Assembly (NCBI GenBank): GCA_963841925.1
Contig: CAWJER010000005.1
Span: forward strand, 34,086-98,085
Length of the DNA stretch: 64,000 nucleotides
Direction of reading: 5' to 3'
Source of the DNA: an uncultured Acidimicrobiales bacterium
GTDB lineage: Bacteria > Actinomycetota > Acidimicrobiia > Acidimicrobiales > RAAP-2
Shown here: positions 50,520 through 60,540 of the stretch, in pieces
How the letters are laid out: each line of letters opens with the position of its first letter
Numbering within the stretch: the first letter of the stretch is position 1
The notes under the pieces: model-generated
The model's database searches: none
Told to the model about the DNA's origin: nothing
What the model saw: only the letters and a program-made list of their open reading frames with translations
Made by a program: the position numbers and the translations under genes

Positions 50520-51911
50520 ATGGCAAAGACGGCCAAGCGGCACCGATGCATCGACTGTGGCTCGACGACCGCACGATGGGCCGGGCGCTGCCCGACCTGC
50601 GGGGAGTGGAACACCCTCGTCGAGGAGTCGGCGCTGGGTCCGCTGGTGCGGGCCGTCGACGAACTCGACCTCTCCGGCATGCCGGTCCCGCTGTCCACGG
50701 TGGACCTGTCCGAGGCGTCGGCGGTGCCGACCGGTGTCGAGGAGTTCGACCGGGTGCTGTCCGGTGGACTGGTCCCGGGGTCGGTGACGCTCCTCGGGGG
50801 TGAGCCCGGCATCGGCAAGTCCACGCTCCTGCTGCAGGTGCTGGCGGCCCGTGCCGCCGCGGGGCACCGGGTCCTCCTGGTCTCGGCCGAGGAATCCGCA
50901 CACCAGGTGCGCCTGCGGGCCGAGCGGCTCGGCCCCGTCCCGCCCGGACTGCTCGTCCTGTCGGCCACCGACGTCGGCCAGGTGATCGATGCCGTGGTCG
51001 AGTCCGATCCCGACCTCCTGGTGATCGACTCGATCCAGGCCGTGGCCGTCGGGCCGGCCACCCCGGGGGAGCGGCGTGCCACCGGCGTCCCCGGCTCGAT
51101 CGGCCAGGTCCGTGAGTGCGCCGACCAGCTGGTCGGGCTGGCCAAGGCCCGCCAGGTGGCCACGGTCCTGGTCGGCCACGTCACCAAGGACGGGTCCCTG
51201 GCGGGCCCCCGGGCGCTCGAGCACATGGTCGACACCGTGCTGAGCTTCGAGGGTGACCGGCACCACGCCCTGCGGCTCCTCCTCGCAGTCAAGCACCGGT
51301 TCGGCCCCACTGGTGAGCTCGGACTGTTCGAGATGGGGGACCAGGGCCTGAACCGGGTCGACGACCCGGGACGCCTGCTCCTCGGCGACCGCCTCACGGG
51401 CGTGCCCGGCGGTGTCGTCCTCCCGGCGTTGCAGGGCCGGCGGACCCTGATGGTGGAGCTCCAGGCCCTGGTCGCCCCGATGGGCCAGGCACAGCCCAAG
51501 CGCTCCGTCGTCGGCCTCGACGGCGGCCGGCTGGTCATGACGCTCGCCGTGCTGGCCCGCCACGCCGGGCTCGCCATGCACACCGTCGACGTCTTCGCCT
51601 CGGTCGCCGGCGGCATCCGGGTAACCGAGCCCGCAGCCGATCTGGCGGTGGCACTCGCCGTCGCCTCGGCGTCGACCGGAGTCGCCCTCCCGGCCGACCT
51701 GGCCGCCGTGGGCGAGGTCGGGCTCGCCGGTGAGATCCGTCAGGTCACCAACCTGCCCCGCCGACTCGAGGAGGCGGCACGGCTCGGGTTCGGCCGGGTC
51801 GCGGTGCCGGCGTCGGCGCCGGACGGTCCGACCGGCGTGGACCTGATCCGGGTCGACACGGTCGCCGAGGCGGTCGGGCGTTTCGGCTGCCTCGACGTCC
51901 TCGGCGGCTGA
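50520..51911 (+). CDS. radA: DNA repair protein RadA
   Basis: CIDCGSTTARWAGRCPTCGEWNT zinc finger, GEPGIGKSTLLLQ Walker A, KNRFG-like VKHRFGPT, Lon-like C-terminus. Confidence 0.9.
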   Translation: MAKTAKRHRCIDCGSTTARWAGRCPTCGEWNTLVEESALGPLVRAVDELDLSGMPVPLSTVDLSEASAVPTGVEEFDRVLSGGLVPGSVTLLGGEPGIGKSTLLLQVLAARAAAGHRVLLVSAEESAHQVRLRAERLGPVPPGLLVLSATDVGQVIDAVVESDPDLLVIDSIQAVAVGPATPGERRATGVPGSIGQVRECADQLVGLAKARQVATVLVGHVTKDGSLAGPRALEHMVDTVLSFEGDRHHALRLLLAVKHRFGPTGELGLFEMGDQGLNRVDDPGRLLLGDRLTGVPGGVVLPALQGRRTLMVELQALVAPMGQAQPKRSVVGLDGGRLVMTLAVLARHAGLAMHTVDVFASVAGGIRVTEPAADLAVALAVASASTGVALPADLAAVGEVGLAGEIRQVTNLPRRLEEAARLGFGRVAVPASAPDGPTGVDLIRVDTVAEAVGRFGCLDVLGG

Positions 51912-51922
51912 CGCCACCGCAG

Positions 51923-53047
51923 GTGCGCCGTAGCGGTGCCGAGTACGATCCGTACGTGACCACGCGCCAGCATGCGGCCATGAGTGACGCCCTGGCGATG
52001 GTGGCCCCGGGAACGGGCCTGCGCGACGGGCTCGACCGGATCCTGCGGGCCAAGCGGGGTGGCCTGGTGGTGGTCGGTGACGGTCCCGACGTCCTCTCCA
52101 TCTGCTCGGGTGGCTTCCTGCTCGACTCCGAGTTCAGCCCCCAGCGCCTGTCGGAGCTGGCCAAGATGGACGGGGCGATCATCATCGCGTCGGACGCGTC
52201 GAGGATCGCCCGGGCCAACGTGCACCTGATGCCCGATGCGACGATACCGACCACGGAGACGGGCACCCGGCACCGGACGGCGGAGCGTGTCGCCCGCTCC
52301 ATCGACGTCCCCGTCCTGTCGGTGTCGGCGGCCATGTCGGTCATCGCCGTGTACCGCAGCGACGTCAAGCACACCATCCAGCCCACCGGCTGGCTCCACG
52401 ACCGGACCGACCAGGCGCTCGCCACCATGCAGCGGTTCCGCAGCCGGTTCGACGTCACCCTCGGGAACCTCTCGATCCTCGAGCTCGAGGACACCGTGTC
52501 GGTCGGGGACGTGGTGGCTGTCATCCAGGCCGCCGAGATGGTCCTGCGGATCGCCGAGGAGGTCGACGGCTACCTGGTCGAGCTGGGCGAGGACGGGCGT
52601 CTCGTGGGCCTCCAGTCGTCCGAGCTGGCGGACGGTGTGGGCAGGGCCCTCCACCTCGTCGTCCGCGACTACTGCGTCATGACCGCCGAGGAGTCCGTCG
52701 ACTGGGCCGCCATCGTGGGCTCGGTCATCGATCAGCTGGCCAACCTGCCGTCCGACGAGCTGCGCGATCCCACCCGGGTGGCCGGGATCCTGCGGCTCCC
52801 CGGGCCATACCACGACGCCGAATCCGGGGTCGAGCCACGCGGCTACCGGCTCCTGCACCACCTGCCGAGGTTCTCCGACACGATCATCGAGCGGATCGTC
52901 GACCGGTTCGTGAACCTCCAGCAGATCATGCGTGCCTCGATCGTCGAGCTCGAGCAGGTCGAGGGCGTGGGCCAGATGCGCGCCCATTCGGTGAAGGACG
53001 GCCTCGCCCGACTGGCCGAGGCCAGTATCTTCGAGCGCTACCAGTAG
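51923..53047 (+). CDS. disA: DNA integrity scanning protein DisA (diadenylate cyclase)
   Basis: APGTGLRDGLDRIL, DGAIIIASD, GTRHRTAERV, C-terminal HhH region. The start is uncertain (GTG 51923, GTG 51956 or ATG 51980). Confidence 0.85.
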   Translation: MRRSGAEYDPYVTTRQHAAMSDALAMVAPGTGLRDGLDRILRAKRGGLVVVGDGPDVLSICSGGFLLDSEFSPQRLSELAKMDGAIIIASDASRIARANVHLMPDATIPTTETGTRHRTAERVARSIDVPVLSVSAAMSVIAVYRSDVKHTIQPTGWLHDRTDQALATMQRFRSRFDVTLGNLSILELEDTVSVGDVVAVIQAAEMVLRIAEEVDGYLVELGEDGRLVGLQSSELADGVGRALHLVVRDYCVMTAEESVDWAAIVGSVIDQLANLPSDELRDPTRVAGILRLPGPYHDAESGVEPRGYRLLHHLPRFSDTIIERIVDRFVNLQQIMRASIVELEQVEGVGQMRAHSVKDGLARLAEASIFERYQ

Positions 53048-53143
53048 GGGCTGCCCGCACGGGTGGGGCGTCCGGCACCGGCCGTGGGGATCGTGCGGGC
53101 CCGCCGGAGTGCGGTGGGCCCGTCGGGGGAGGTACCCGGCAGC

Positions 53144-53152
53144 TGGTAGAAT
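53144..53152 (+). promoter_or_regulatory. Extended -10 promoter element (TGgTAGAAT) upstream of carD
   Basis: gcTGgTAGAATggg lies approx. 70 nt upstream of the carD start. No clear -35 is present. Confidence 0.4.
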
Positions 53153-53223
53153 GGGATGCTTTCCCACGCAGACCGGATGTCGCTCACCAGCCCCGGTTCC
53201 GCAGCGCAACGCCAGGAGGAACG

Positions 53224-53700
53224 GTGTTCGACATCGGTGACAAGGTCGTCTACCCGCACCACGGCGCGGCAGTAGTCGAACGACGAGAGACCAAAGAGGC
53301 GTTCGGCAAGAAGCAGGAGTACCTCGTGCTCCGTCTCGCCTACGGCGACCTCACCCTGATGGTGCCGGCGGACAACACCGACGGTGTCGGCCTGCGCGAG
53401 GTCATCAACGACGAGGAGGTCGAGGAGGTCTTCGCCGTGCTCCGCAAGAAGGAGGCACGGATGCCGACCAACTGGTCCCGCCGCTACAAGAACCACTCCG
53501 AGAAGCTGCGTTCCGGAGACATCTACCAGGTGGCCGAAGTGGTCCGGAACCTCTCGATCCGCGACAAGGACAAGGGACTGTCGGCCGGTGAGAAGCGCAT
53601 GCTCAGCCGGGCGCGCCAGATCCTGGTGTCCGAGCTGACCTTCGCCCTCGGCGTCGACGAGGAGACCGCCGAGGTCCGCCTCAACGAGGCGCTGCCCTGA
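53224..53700 (+). CDS. carD: CarD-family RNA polymerase-binding transcription regulator
   Basis: RBS aggagga. [38 protein letters not shown]. 158 aa. Confidence 0.9.
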   Translation: MFDIGDKVVYPHHGAAVVERRETKEAFGKKQEYLVLRLAYGDLTLMVPADNTDGVGLREVINDEEVEEVFAVLRKKEARMPTNWSRRYKNHSEKLRSGDIYQVAEVVRNLSIRDKDKGLSAGEKRMLSRARQILVSELTFALGVDEETAEVRLNEALP

Positions 53701-53726
53701 GCCGAACGGGGCCCGTCTGGGCCATC

Positions 53727-54392
53727 GTGGTCGCCGGCGGCACGGGCCGCCGGTTCGGCGGGCCCAAGCAGTTCCTCCCCCTGGCCGGGATGCCGGTCGT
53801 CGCCTGGTCGGTCCGCGCCGCACGCTCGGTGGCCGACGGCGTGGTCCTGGTGGTGCCGTCCGGTACCGCGGCGGGTGTCGGTGCCGGTCTGCCGGCACCC
53901 GGTGCGACCGGCGTCGCGGCGTTCGGGGCGACCTCGCGGTCGCCGGGGGCGCCACCCGGGCGGACTCCGTGCGGGCCGGGCTCGCCGCCGTGCCGGCGGA
54001 TGCGGTGATCATCGTGGTCCACGACGCGGCCCGGCCGCTGGCCGCCGGACGGACTCTTCGCCGCGGTGGTCGATGCCGTCCGGAGTGGGGGAGTGGACGG
54101 GGCCGTGCCCGCCGTCGCGGTGGCCGACACCCTGAAGCGCGTGACCGGCACCCGGGTCGTCGGCACCGTCGACCGTGCCGAACTCGTCGCCATCCAGACC
54201 CCCCAGGCCTTCGTCGCCGACGCCCTGCGGGCCGCCCATGCCGACGGAGGCGAGGCCACCGACGATGCCGCGCTGCTCGAGGCGTCGGGCCGGACGGTGG
54301 TGACCGTCCCCGGGGACCCGCGCAACCTCAAGCTGACGCGTCCCGAGGACCTGTCCGTGGCCGAGGCCCTGCTCAGTGGGGCGGCCCGGTGA
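53727..54392 (+). pseudogene. ispD: 2-C-methyl-D-erythritol 4-phosphate cytidylyltransferase, two frameshifts
   Basis: (WAI)[19 protein letters not shown]...VVLVVP runs in frame 0 to approx. 53926 (G4 run). Then [22 protein letters not shown]...[10 protein letters not shown] runs in frame 2 to approx. 54044. Then PDGLFAAVV...AVADTLKRV...IQTPQAF...[10 protein letters not shown] runs in frame 0 to 54392. Confidence 0.8.
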
Positions 54393-54953
54393 GCGGCGGG
54401 CCCGGCGCGGCTCCCGCACTGCGGGTGGGCCAGGGGATCGACGTGCACCCGTTCAGCGACGACCCGGAGCGTCCCCTCGTCCTGGGGGGCGTGGTGATCG
54501 CCGGGGACGGTGTGCGCGGCCTGGACGGCCACAGTGACGCCGACGCCGTGGCCCACGCCGTCGCCGACGCCGTCCTCGGGGCGGCCGGGCTCGGAGACCT
54601 CGGGCCGGCACATGCCCGACACGGACCCCCGGTGGGCGGGGGCCGACTCCCTCGACATCCTCCGTCGTGTGGTGGCCCTGGCGGCCGAAGCCGGGTGGGT
54701 CCCGGTGAACGCCGACTGCACGGTGGTGGCCGAACGACCCCGGCTGGCTCCGCACGTGCCGGCGATGACCGAGCGGCTGGCCGGGGCACTGGGCGCTCCG
54801 GTCAACGTGAAGGCCACCCGGGCCGAGGGCCTGGGCGCCCTGGGCCGGTCCGAGGGGATCGCCTGCTCCGCCGTGGTCCTCCTCGTCGGGTCGACGGTCC
54901 TCCCGGGGTCAGGGAGTACGGCGGCCGGGGACGACGACGGGGACGTCCGATGA
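54389..54953 (+). pseudogene. ispF: 2-C-methyl-D-erythritol 2,4-cyclodiphosphate synthase, one frameshift
   Basis: The GTG overlaps the ispD stop. [12 protein letters not shown]...[26 protein letters not shown] runs to approx. 54605. The next frame reads [22 protein letters not shown]...[13 protein letters not shown]. Confidence 0.8.
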
Positions 54954-55969
54954 GTCCGGCACCGTCCGGCCGGGGACGGGGCAAGTCGTCACGCACGCCG
55001 GCCAAGAAGGGTGGTGCCCGGGGTGGCCCCTCCCCGAAGGGGACCGAGGCCAAGAGTGCGTGGATGAAGTCCAAGGACGCCAAGGCCGGACGTGGCACGG
55101 CCCGGGGCGCGGGCACCGTGCGGGCCGGGAGTGCCGGGCGGTCCCCGGTGAACGACCGGGGGCGCGGGCCCGGCGGGCGGGACGTCCAGGTCCGACGGGG
55201 CCCCAAGCACGAGGGCCTCGGGGGGGACCAGGTCGAGGGGCGTCAGGCCGTGCGGGAGCTCCTGAGCGCCGGGCGCCGCCCGGTGACCACCCTGCTCATG
55301 GCCGAGGGGATGGATGCCGCCGAGATCCTGGACGACATCGAGGCCCTGGCGGTCAAGCGGCGGGTCAAGGTCGAGTACGTGTCCCGCAAGCGGATCGACG
55401 CGGCCGCCCGTACCGACGGGTCCCAGGGGGTGGTCGCCCTGGCGAGGCCGATCGGGGACACCCCGCTCGACGACCTGTGCCAGCCGACCAAGCGGGGCCG
55501 GCTCCCGTTCCTGCTCGTGCTGGACGGGATCACCGACCCCCACAACCTGGGAGCCGTGCTCCGCAGCGCCGAGTGCGCCGGCGTGACCGGTGTCGTCCTG
55601 CCCCGGCACCGCTCCGCCCACCTGTCCCCCACGGTGGCCAAGGTGGCGGCGGGGGCCATCGAGTACCTGCCGATGGCGCTGGTGGCCGGCGTGCCGACGG
55701 CGCTGCAGCAGCTGTCCTCACTGGGCACGGTGACGGTCGGACTCGTGGGGGAGGCACCGACATCGCTCTACCAGCTCCCCCTGGGCGACCAGCCGGTGGC
55801 GCTGGTCCTGGGTTCGGAGGGCTCGGGTCTCGCCGCACTGACCCGTCGCCGGTGCGACGAGTTGGCCTCCATCCCCCAACACGGGACGCTGTCCTCGCTC
55901 AACGTGGCCACCGCCGGCGCCATCGCCTGCTTCGACGTGGCCCGCCAGCGCACCGCCGCGGGCAACTGA
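54950..55969 (+). CDS. rlmB: TrmH/SpoU-family 23S rRNA 2'-O-methyltransferase (RlmB-like) with a basic N-terminal extension
   Basis: The ATG overlaps the ispF stop (ATGA). [41 protein letters not shown]. Confidence 0.8.
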   Translation: MSPAPSGRGRGKSSRTPAKKGGARGGPSPKGTEAKSAWMKSKDAKAGRGTARGAGTVRAGSAGRSPVNDRGRGPGGRDVQVRRGPKHEGLGGDQVEGRQAVRELLSAGRRPVTTLLMAEGMDAAEILDDIEALAVKRRVKVEYVSRKRIDAAARTDGSQGVVALARPIGDTPLDDLCQPTKRGRLPFLLVLDGITDPHNLGAVLRSAECAGVTGVVLPRHRSAHLSPTVAKVAAGAIEYLPMALVAGVPTALQQLSSLGTVTVGLVGEAPTSLYQLPLGDQPVALVLGSEGSGLAALTRRRCDELASIPQHGTLSSLNVATAGAIACFDVARQRTAAGN

Positions 55970-56259
55970 GGCCGACCGGAAGCGGTCGCAGGGTCCACGA
56001 GACGCTCCACGACCGGGTCCACTCCAGGATGGAGCCCGCGGCCTCGTAACCGGGCGGGGTCGGTCGTTCGGAGTGTCCGGCACCCGTGGTCACCGGGGCC
56101 GAGAGCTACGTCCCGGACCGGCGTCCCGGGGAGCGGCGACGACAGGGGTCGGAGTCCCCGGGGGTGGGGGCACCAGCGTGACTGGACGCCCAAGGGGCTG
56201 GTCACCGGGATCGGCGGCCTGCTCGCCCCCGGCACTGTCGGGGACACGAATCCGGCGCG

Positions 56260-56640
56260 TCAGCTCGTGTAGTCCACCGGGCCCGCCCCGTCGATCCCGA
56301 CGGCGAACGCCAGTCCGCGCAGTCCCGAGTTGACCGTCAGCGGCCAGATGCTGTGCACGGTGTCCGGCGGAATCCTGATCAGGTCGCCCTGACCCACTTC
56401 CCGTTCCTCGTCGGCGATCTTCATGATTCCGCGTCCGGAAATGATGTAATAGAACTCGTGGGTGGGATGGGAGTGCGGGTCGACGAGACCGCCGCCGGCC
56501 ACCTCCCACTCGCTCACCAGCTCGAGGAAACCACCACTGGTGGCGTCCTGCAGCTCACCGGGTTGGATGAGCCACCAGACCGGCACGGTCCCGGCGTGTT
56601 CGATGACCGGGGCAACATCTCTGGCCGAGCGGACGTCCAT
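56260..56640 (-). CDS. Cupin-domain protein
   Basis: DPHSHPTHEFYYIISGRG...GDLIRIPPDTVHS (cupin motifs 1 and 2). 126 aa. Confidence 0.7.
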   Translation of the reverse strand: MDVRSARDVAPVIEHAGTVPVWWLIQPGELQDATSGGFLELVSEWEVAGGGLVDPHSHPTHEFYYIISGRGIMKIADEEREVGQGDLIRIPPDTVHSIWPLTVNSGLRGLAFAVGIDGAGPVDYTS

Positions 56641-56939
56641 CTGCCTCCTCCCTCGATCCGTCCGAGCAGCGGACGGACATCAACCGTCGAGTGTACGGCC
56701 GGACGTCCAGGGGTGCTCGCCGGCCGCAGCATGGCGGTGCTGATCAGGCTGGATGGATGACGCCGGTCGGTGGCCTCGCTTGCGGTGCGCCGTCGGCAGT
56801 CGCCGCTCGGCCTCGATGCGATCGATGTGCGGTCCCCGACGTGCCCGGCGGTGGGTGAGTCGATCGTCGCCCCCGCACGCCTCCACGGCCACACCCCAGC
56901 CGTCGAACCACGGGGTCCGACGCACCGCCTGCCGAGAGC

Positions 56940-57230
56940 TCAGACCTCGTCGACGGTGACGCCCTTCCAGAAGGCCACCCGGTCGGTGATCTCGCGGGCG
57001 GCATCCTCGGGCTCGGGGTAGTACCAGGCGGCATCCGGATTGCGGGTCCCGTCCACCACGACCGTGCGATAGCTGGCCGTGCCCTTCCACGGGCACACCG
57101 TCTGCGTGTCGCTCGACTCGAAGAACTCGTCGTTCACGTCCTCCGCCGGAAAGTAGTGGTTACCCTCCACCACCACGGTGGTGTCGCTCTGGGCCAGGAC
57201 GGCCCCGTTCCATGTCGCTCGGATGGTCAT
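56940..57230 (-). CDS. DUF427-domain protein
   Basis: 96 aa: WNGAVLAQSDTTVVVEGNHYFP...CPWKGTASY...AAWYYPEP, the typical DUF427 signature. Confidence 0.7.
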   Translation of the reverse strand: MTIRATWNGAVLAQSDTTVVVEGNHYFPAEDVNDEFFESSDTQTVCPWKGTASYRTVVVDGTRNPDAAWYYPEPEDAAREITDRVAFWKGVTVDEV

Positions 57231-57297
57231 GACGGGTGCAACACCGACATCGTGCCTCCTGTTCCTGCGGGCGTCCCCACCCGTCCGGGCCCGCCCG

Positions 57298-58278
57298 TCA
57301 TCGACGCACGGCCATGGTCATCAGGAACTCGTCGCCCGGCGACGCCCAGCTGGCCTCCACCTCCAGACCGCTGGCCTCGAGCTCGTGCCGGAGCGAGTCC
57401 GGCGAGAACTTGGTGCTGATCTCCGTGAGCATCTCCTCGCCGGCGGCGAAGTCGACCTCGAGGTCCAGGTCGACGACCCGGACGCGGCACGCGTCGGCGG
57501 AGCGGAGCCACATCTCGATCCGGTGGTCCGGCTCGTTCCACCGGGCCACGTGGGTGAACCGGTCGACGGCGAAGTCGGCCCCCAGGTCACGGTTGAGCAC
57601 GTGGAGGACGTTCCGGTTGAACTCGGCGGTGACGCCCGCCGAGTCGTCGTAGGCGGCGACCAGTCGCTCCCGGTCCTTGATCAGGTCCGTCCCGAGCAGG
57701 AACCGGTCCCCCGGTCGCATGGCGCCGGCGAGCTCGGCCAGGAACCCGGCCCGTTGCGCCGGGTAGAAGTTGCCGATGGTCCCGCCCAGGAAGGCGATGA
57801 GCCGACGGCCGTCGGCAGCGAGCTCGTCCATGTGGAGGTGGAAGTCGCCCACCACGGCCCGCACGGCCAGTCCGGGATACTCCTCGGACAGCGCCGTCGC
57901 CGCCTCCCACAGGGTGGAGTCGCTGACGTCCAGCGGCTGGTAGGTGCCGAGCCGACCGCAGGACCGCATGGCGTCCAGCAGGACCCGCGACTTGTCGCAG
58001 GTCCCCGCGCCCAGTTCGACCAGCACGTCGGCCCCTGCCGACTCCACCATGTCCTTGGCGTGGGCCTCGAGGATGGCCCGCTCGGCCCGGGTCGGGTAGT
58101 ACTCGGGCAGCCGGGTGATCTCGTCGAACAGGCGGCTGCCCCGGTCGTCGTAGAAGTAGACGGGGGGAAGCTGCTTGGGTATCGAGGTCAGCCCGGTGCG
58201 GACGTCGGCCTCCATGGCGGCCCGCAGGTCGCCCGGTGCGAGGTGCACCTCGATGGTCGGTGGGATGACGGTGTCCAT
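57298..58278 (-). CDS. egtD: L-histidine N(alpha)-methyltransferase (ergothioneine biosynthesis)
   Basis: ATG 58278. PPVYFYDDRGSRLFDEITRLPEYYPTRAE, LVELGAGTCDK, FLGGTIGNF. Confidence 0.85.
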   Translation of the reverse strand: MDTVIPPTIEVHLAPGDLRAAMEADVRTGLTSIPKQLPPVYFYDDRGSRLFDEITRLPEYYPTRAERAILEAHAKDMVESAGADVLVELGAGTCDKSRVLLDAMRSCGRLGTYQPLDVSDSTLWEAATALSEEYPGLAVRAVVGDFHLHMDELAADGRRLIAFLGGTIGNFYPAQRAGFLAELAGAMRPGDRFLLGTDLIKDRERLVAAYDDSAGVTAEFNRNVLHVLNRDLGADFAVDRFTHVARWNEPDHRIEMWLRSADACRVRVVDLDLEVDFAAGEEMLTEISTKFSPDSLRHELEASGLEVEASWASPGDEFLMTMAVRR

Positions 58279-58381
58279 TGGCTCCAGGTCGTCCGGTGTC
58301 ACGCGGTCAGGTGGTCGTGTGGCATGGCGTGCTGTCGTGCTGTCGTGGGCTCGTACCCCAGGTGACGTCCCGCCATGGCGG

Positions 58382-59646
58382 TCAGGCGTTACGGGCCAAC
58401 CGCAGTCCGGAAACGGCCCAGCGTGCCGAAGGGGGGAAGAAGTTCCGGTAGGTGGCACGGACGTGGTCGGCCGGGGTCAGGCACGAGCCGCCCCGCAGCA
58501 CGTACTGGTTGACCATGAACTTGCCGTTGTACTCGCCGACGGCGCCGGCGGCAGGGGCGAACCCCGGATACGCGCTGTAGGCCGAGGACGTCCACTGCCA
58601 CACGTCACCGAACGGTGCCGACGCGCCGCCCCGCACCGGACCGGGGTGGAGTTCGGTCGGGTCGAGCAGGTTGCCCACCGGGCCGCTGTCGGCGGCCCGC
58701 TCCCGGGTGGCCACCTCCCACTCGGATTCGGTGGGCAGGCGTGCCCCGGACCACCGGGCGTAGGCGTCGGCCTCGTAGTAGCTCACGTGGCTCACGGGAC
58801 GGGACGGGTCGATGCGGTCGTCGCCGGCCAGGGTGAACTCGTGCCACCCGTCGTCGCCCGGTGACCAGTAGAGCGGTGCGGTCCAACCCTCGGCGGTCAC
58901 CGTCGCCCAGCCGTCGGACAGCCACAGCTCGGGCCGGCGGTAGCCGCCGTCCTCGATGAACTCGAGCCACTCGCCGCACGTCACCGTCCGATCGGCCAGC
59001 GCGAAGGCCTCCAGGTGGACGAGGTGCCGGGGGAACTCGTTGTCGAATCCGAAGCACCCGCCGCCGTGACCCACCGGGACGGTCCCCCCAGGATGGGAGG
59101 TCCAGGTCGGCGCCTCGGGCCGGCTCGGTGCCTCCGTCGCCCGGGGACGGTAGGCCGGAAGCATCGGGTTGAGCGACAGCACGTGCTTGATGTCCATGAG
59201 CAGCAGCTCCTGGTGCTGCTGCTCGTGCTGGATGCCCAGCTCGACCAGCGCCGCCACGGCAGGTCCCGGGCCACGTTCGAGGAGGTCGGCCATCCCGGCG
59301 TCGACGTGGCTCCGGTAGTCGGCGATCTCCATGATGCCGGGCCTCGACACGAGGCCCGCTGGGGCCGCGGGTACCGGGCGCCCACACCCTCGTAGTACGA
59401 GTTGAAGAGGTAGCCGAACTCGGGGTGGAAGGTCCGGTACCCGGGAAGCGACGGCACCAGCAGGAAGGTCTCGAAGAACCACGACGTGTGGGCCCGGTGC
59501 CACTTCGTCGGGCTGACGTCGGGCATCGACTGGACCGTCTGGTCCTCGGCCGACAGCGGGGCGGCGAGCTCCTCGGTCAGGCACCGGGTGGCGCCGAACC
59601 GTTCGACCAGCAGCTGGTCGTCCACGGTCGTCAGGAGGTCGGCCAT
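58382..59646 (-). pseudogene. egtB: Hercynine oxygenase / sulfoxide synthase EgtB (DinB_2 + FGE-sulfatase domains), one frameshift
   Basis: N-terminus in ORF 58981..59646 ([17 protein letters not shown]...[14 protein letters not shown]). The rest is in ORF 58382..59689 ([19 protein letters not shown]...GDVWQWTSSAYSAYPGF...RGGS). They join as RPQR|GLVSRP if one G is added at approx. 59355-59357. Confidence 0.8.
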
Positions 59647-59857
59647 CCCCGCTCCTTCCGGTTCGCCTGGGGATCGTCCGGCGTGGCACCGGAGGACCGG
59701 TGCGTAGCCACGACTAGAACATACCCGGACGGTGCCCGGAACACGCCGGGGCCGGACTTTCTCCGCAGAGGACCCCGCCCGGCGAACCCGCCGCCGAACC
59801 CGCCATGGACGGCCGGTGACCCACCGGGGTCCGTCTCGGCACGTCAGGGCTCGATGC

Positions 59858-60535
59858 TCAGGGCTGGATGCTGTACCCGATCCCCGGTGCGGTCCGGATC
59901 AGCGTCCCCGACTCGTCGTGGAGCTTCTGGCGCAGCCGGTGCACGTAGGTGCGTACGTACTGCCCCTCGTGCCCGTAGCCGGGGCCCCACACGGCGGACA
60001 GGATCATCTGGTGGGTGCACGTCTTGCCCGCGTGGCGGGCCAGGTAGGCCAGGAGGTCGAACTCCCGGGCCGTCAGCTCGACCCGGTCGCCGCCGACCCG
60101 GGTCTCGTGGTGCACGAGGTCGAGCTCGAGAGGGCCGACGGCGATGGACGAGGGGGCCGACTCACCGGAATCGAGGGACCGGTGGCGGATGGCGGTGCGG
60201 ATCCTGGCCTCGAGCTCGGCGATGCCGAACGGCTTCGTCACGTAGTCGTCGGCGCCCCCGTCGAGGGCGGCGACCTTGCGGTCCTCGGTGTCGCTGGCCG
60301 AGAGGATGATGATCGGCACGTCGCTCCACTGGCGGATCCGCTTGCACACGGTGAGGCCGTCGATGTCGGGGAGCCCGAGGTCCAGCACGATGACGTCCGG
60401 GGAGGTCAGTGCCGCCTGCGAGATCCCCTGCTCGCCGTTGACCGCGCCCGCCACCTCGTGCCCGCCGTTGCGCAGGCTGACGCGGAGCGCGCGCAGGAGC
60501 GAGGGGTCGTCGTCGATCACGAGCACCTTGGCCAT
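59858..60535 (-). CDS. kdpE: OmpR-family response regulator KdpE
   Basis: Receiver domain (VLVIDDD...[13 protein letters not shown]...KPF) and winged-helix output ([18 protein letters not shown]...GYS). Adjacent to the kdp sensor kinase and kdpFAB. Confidence 0.85.
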   Translation of the reverse strand: MAKVLVIDDDPSLLRALRVSLRNGGHEVAGAVNGEQGISQAALTSPDVIVLDLGLPDIDGLTVCKRIRQWSDVPIIILSASDTEDRKVAALDGGADDYVTKPFGIAELEARIRTAIRHRSLDSGESAPSSIAVGPLELDLVHHETRVGGDRVELTAREFDLLAYLARHAGKTCTHQMILSAVWGPGYGHEGQYVRTYVHRLRQKLHDESGTLIRTAPGIGYSIQP

Positions 60536-60540
60536 CGCCG

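Noticed and set aside
53969-55969. The 666-aa ORF read as a single large protein.
   Set aside because: It is a chimera. The middle of ispD, the N-terminus of ispF and the whole of rlmB happen to share a frame because of the indels. The stretches between them are Arg/Gly filler.
56641-56939. A possible small gene in the 300-bp gap between the cupin and DUF427 genes (for example minus-strand VRRTPWFDGWGVAVEACGG...).
   Set aside because: Arg/His-rich composition, no recognisable RBS or motifs, and several overlapping alternative frames of similar quality.
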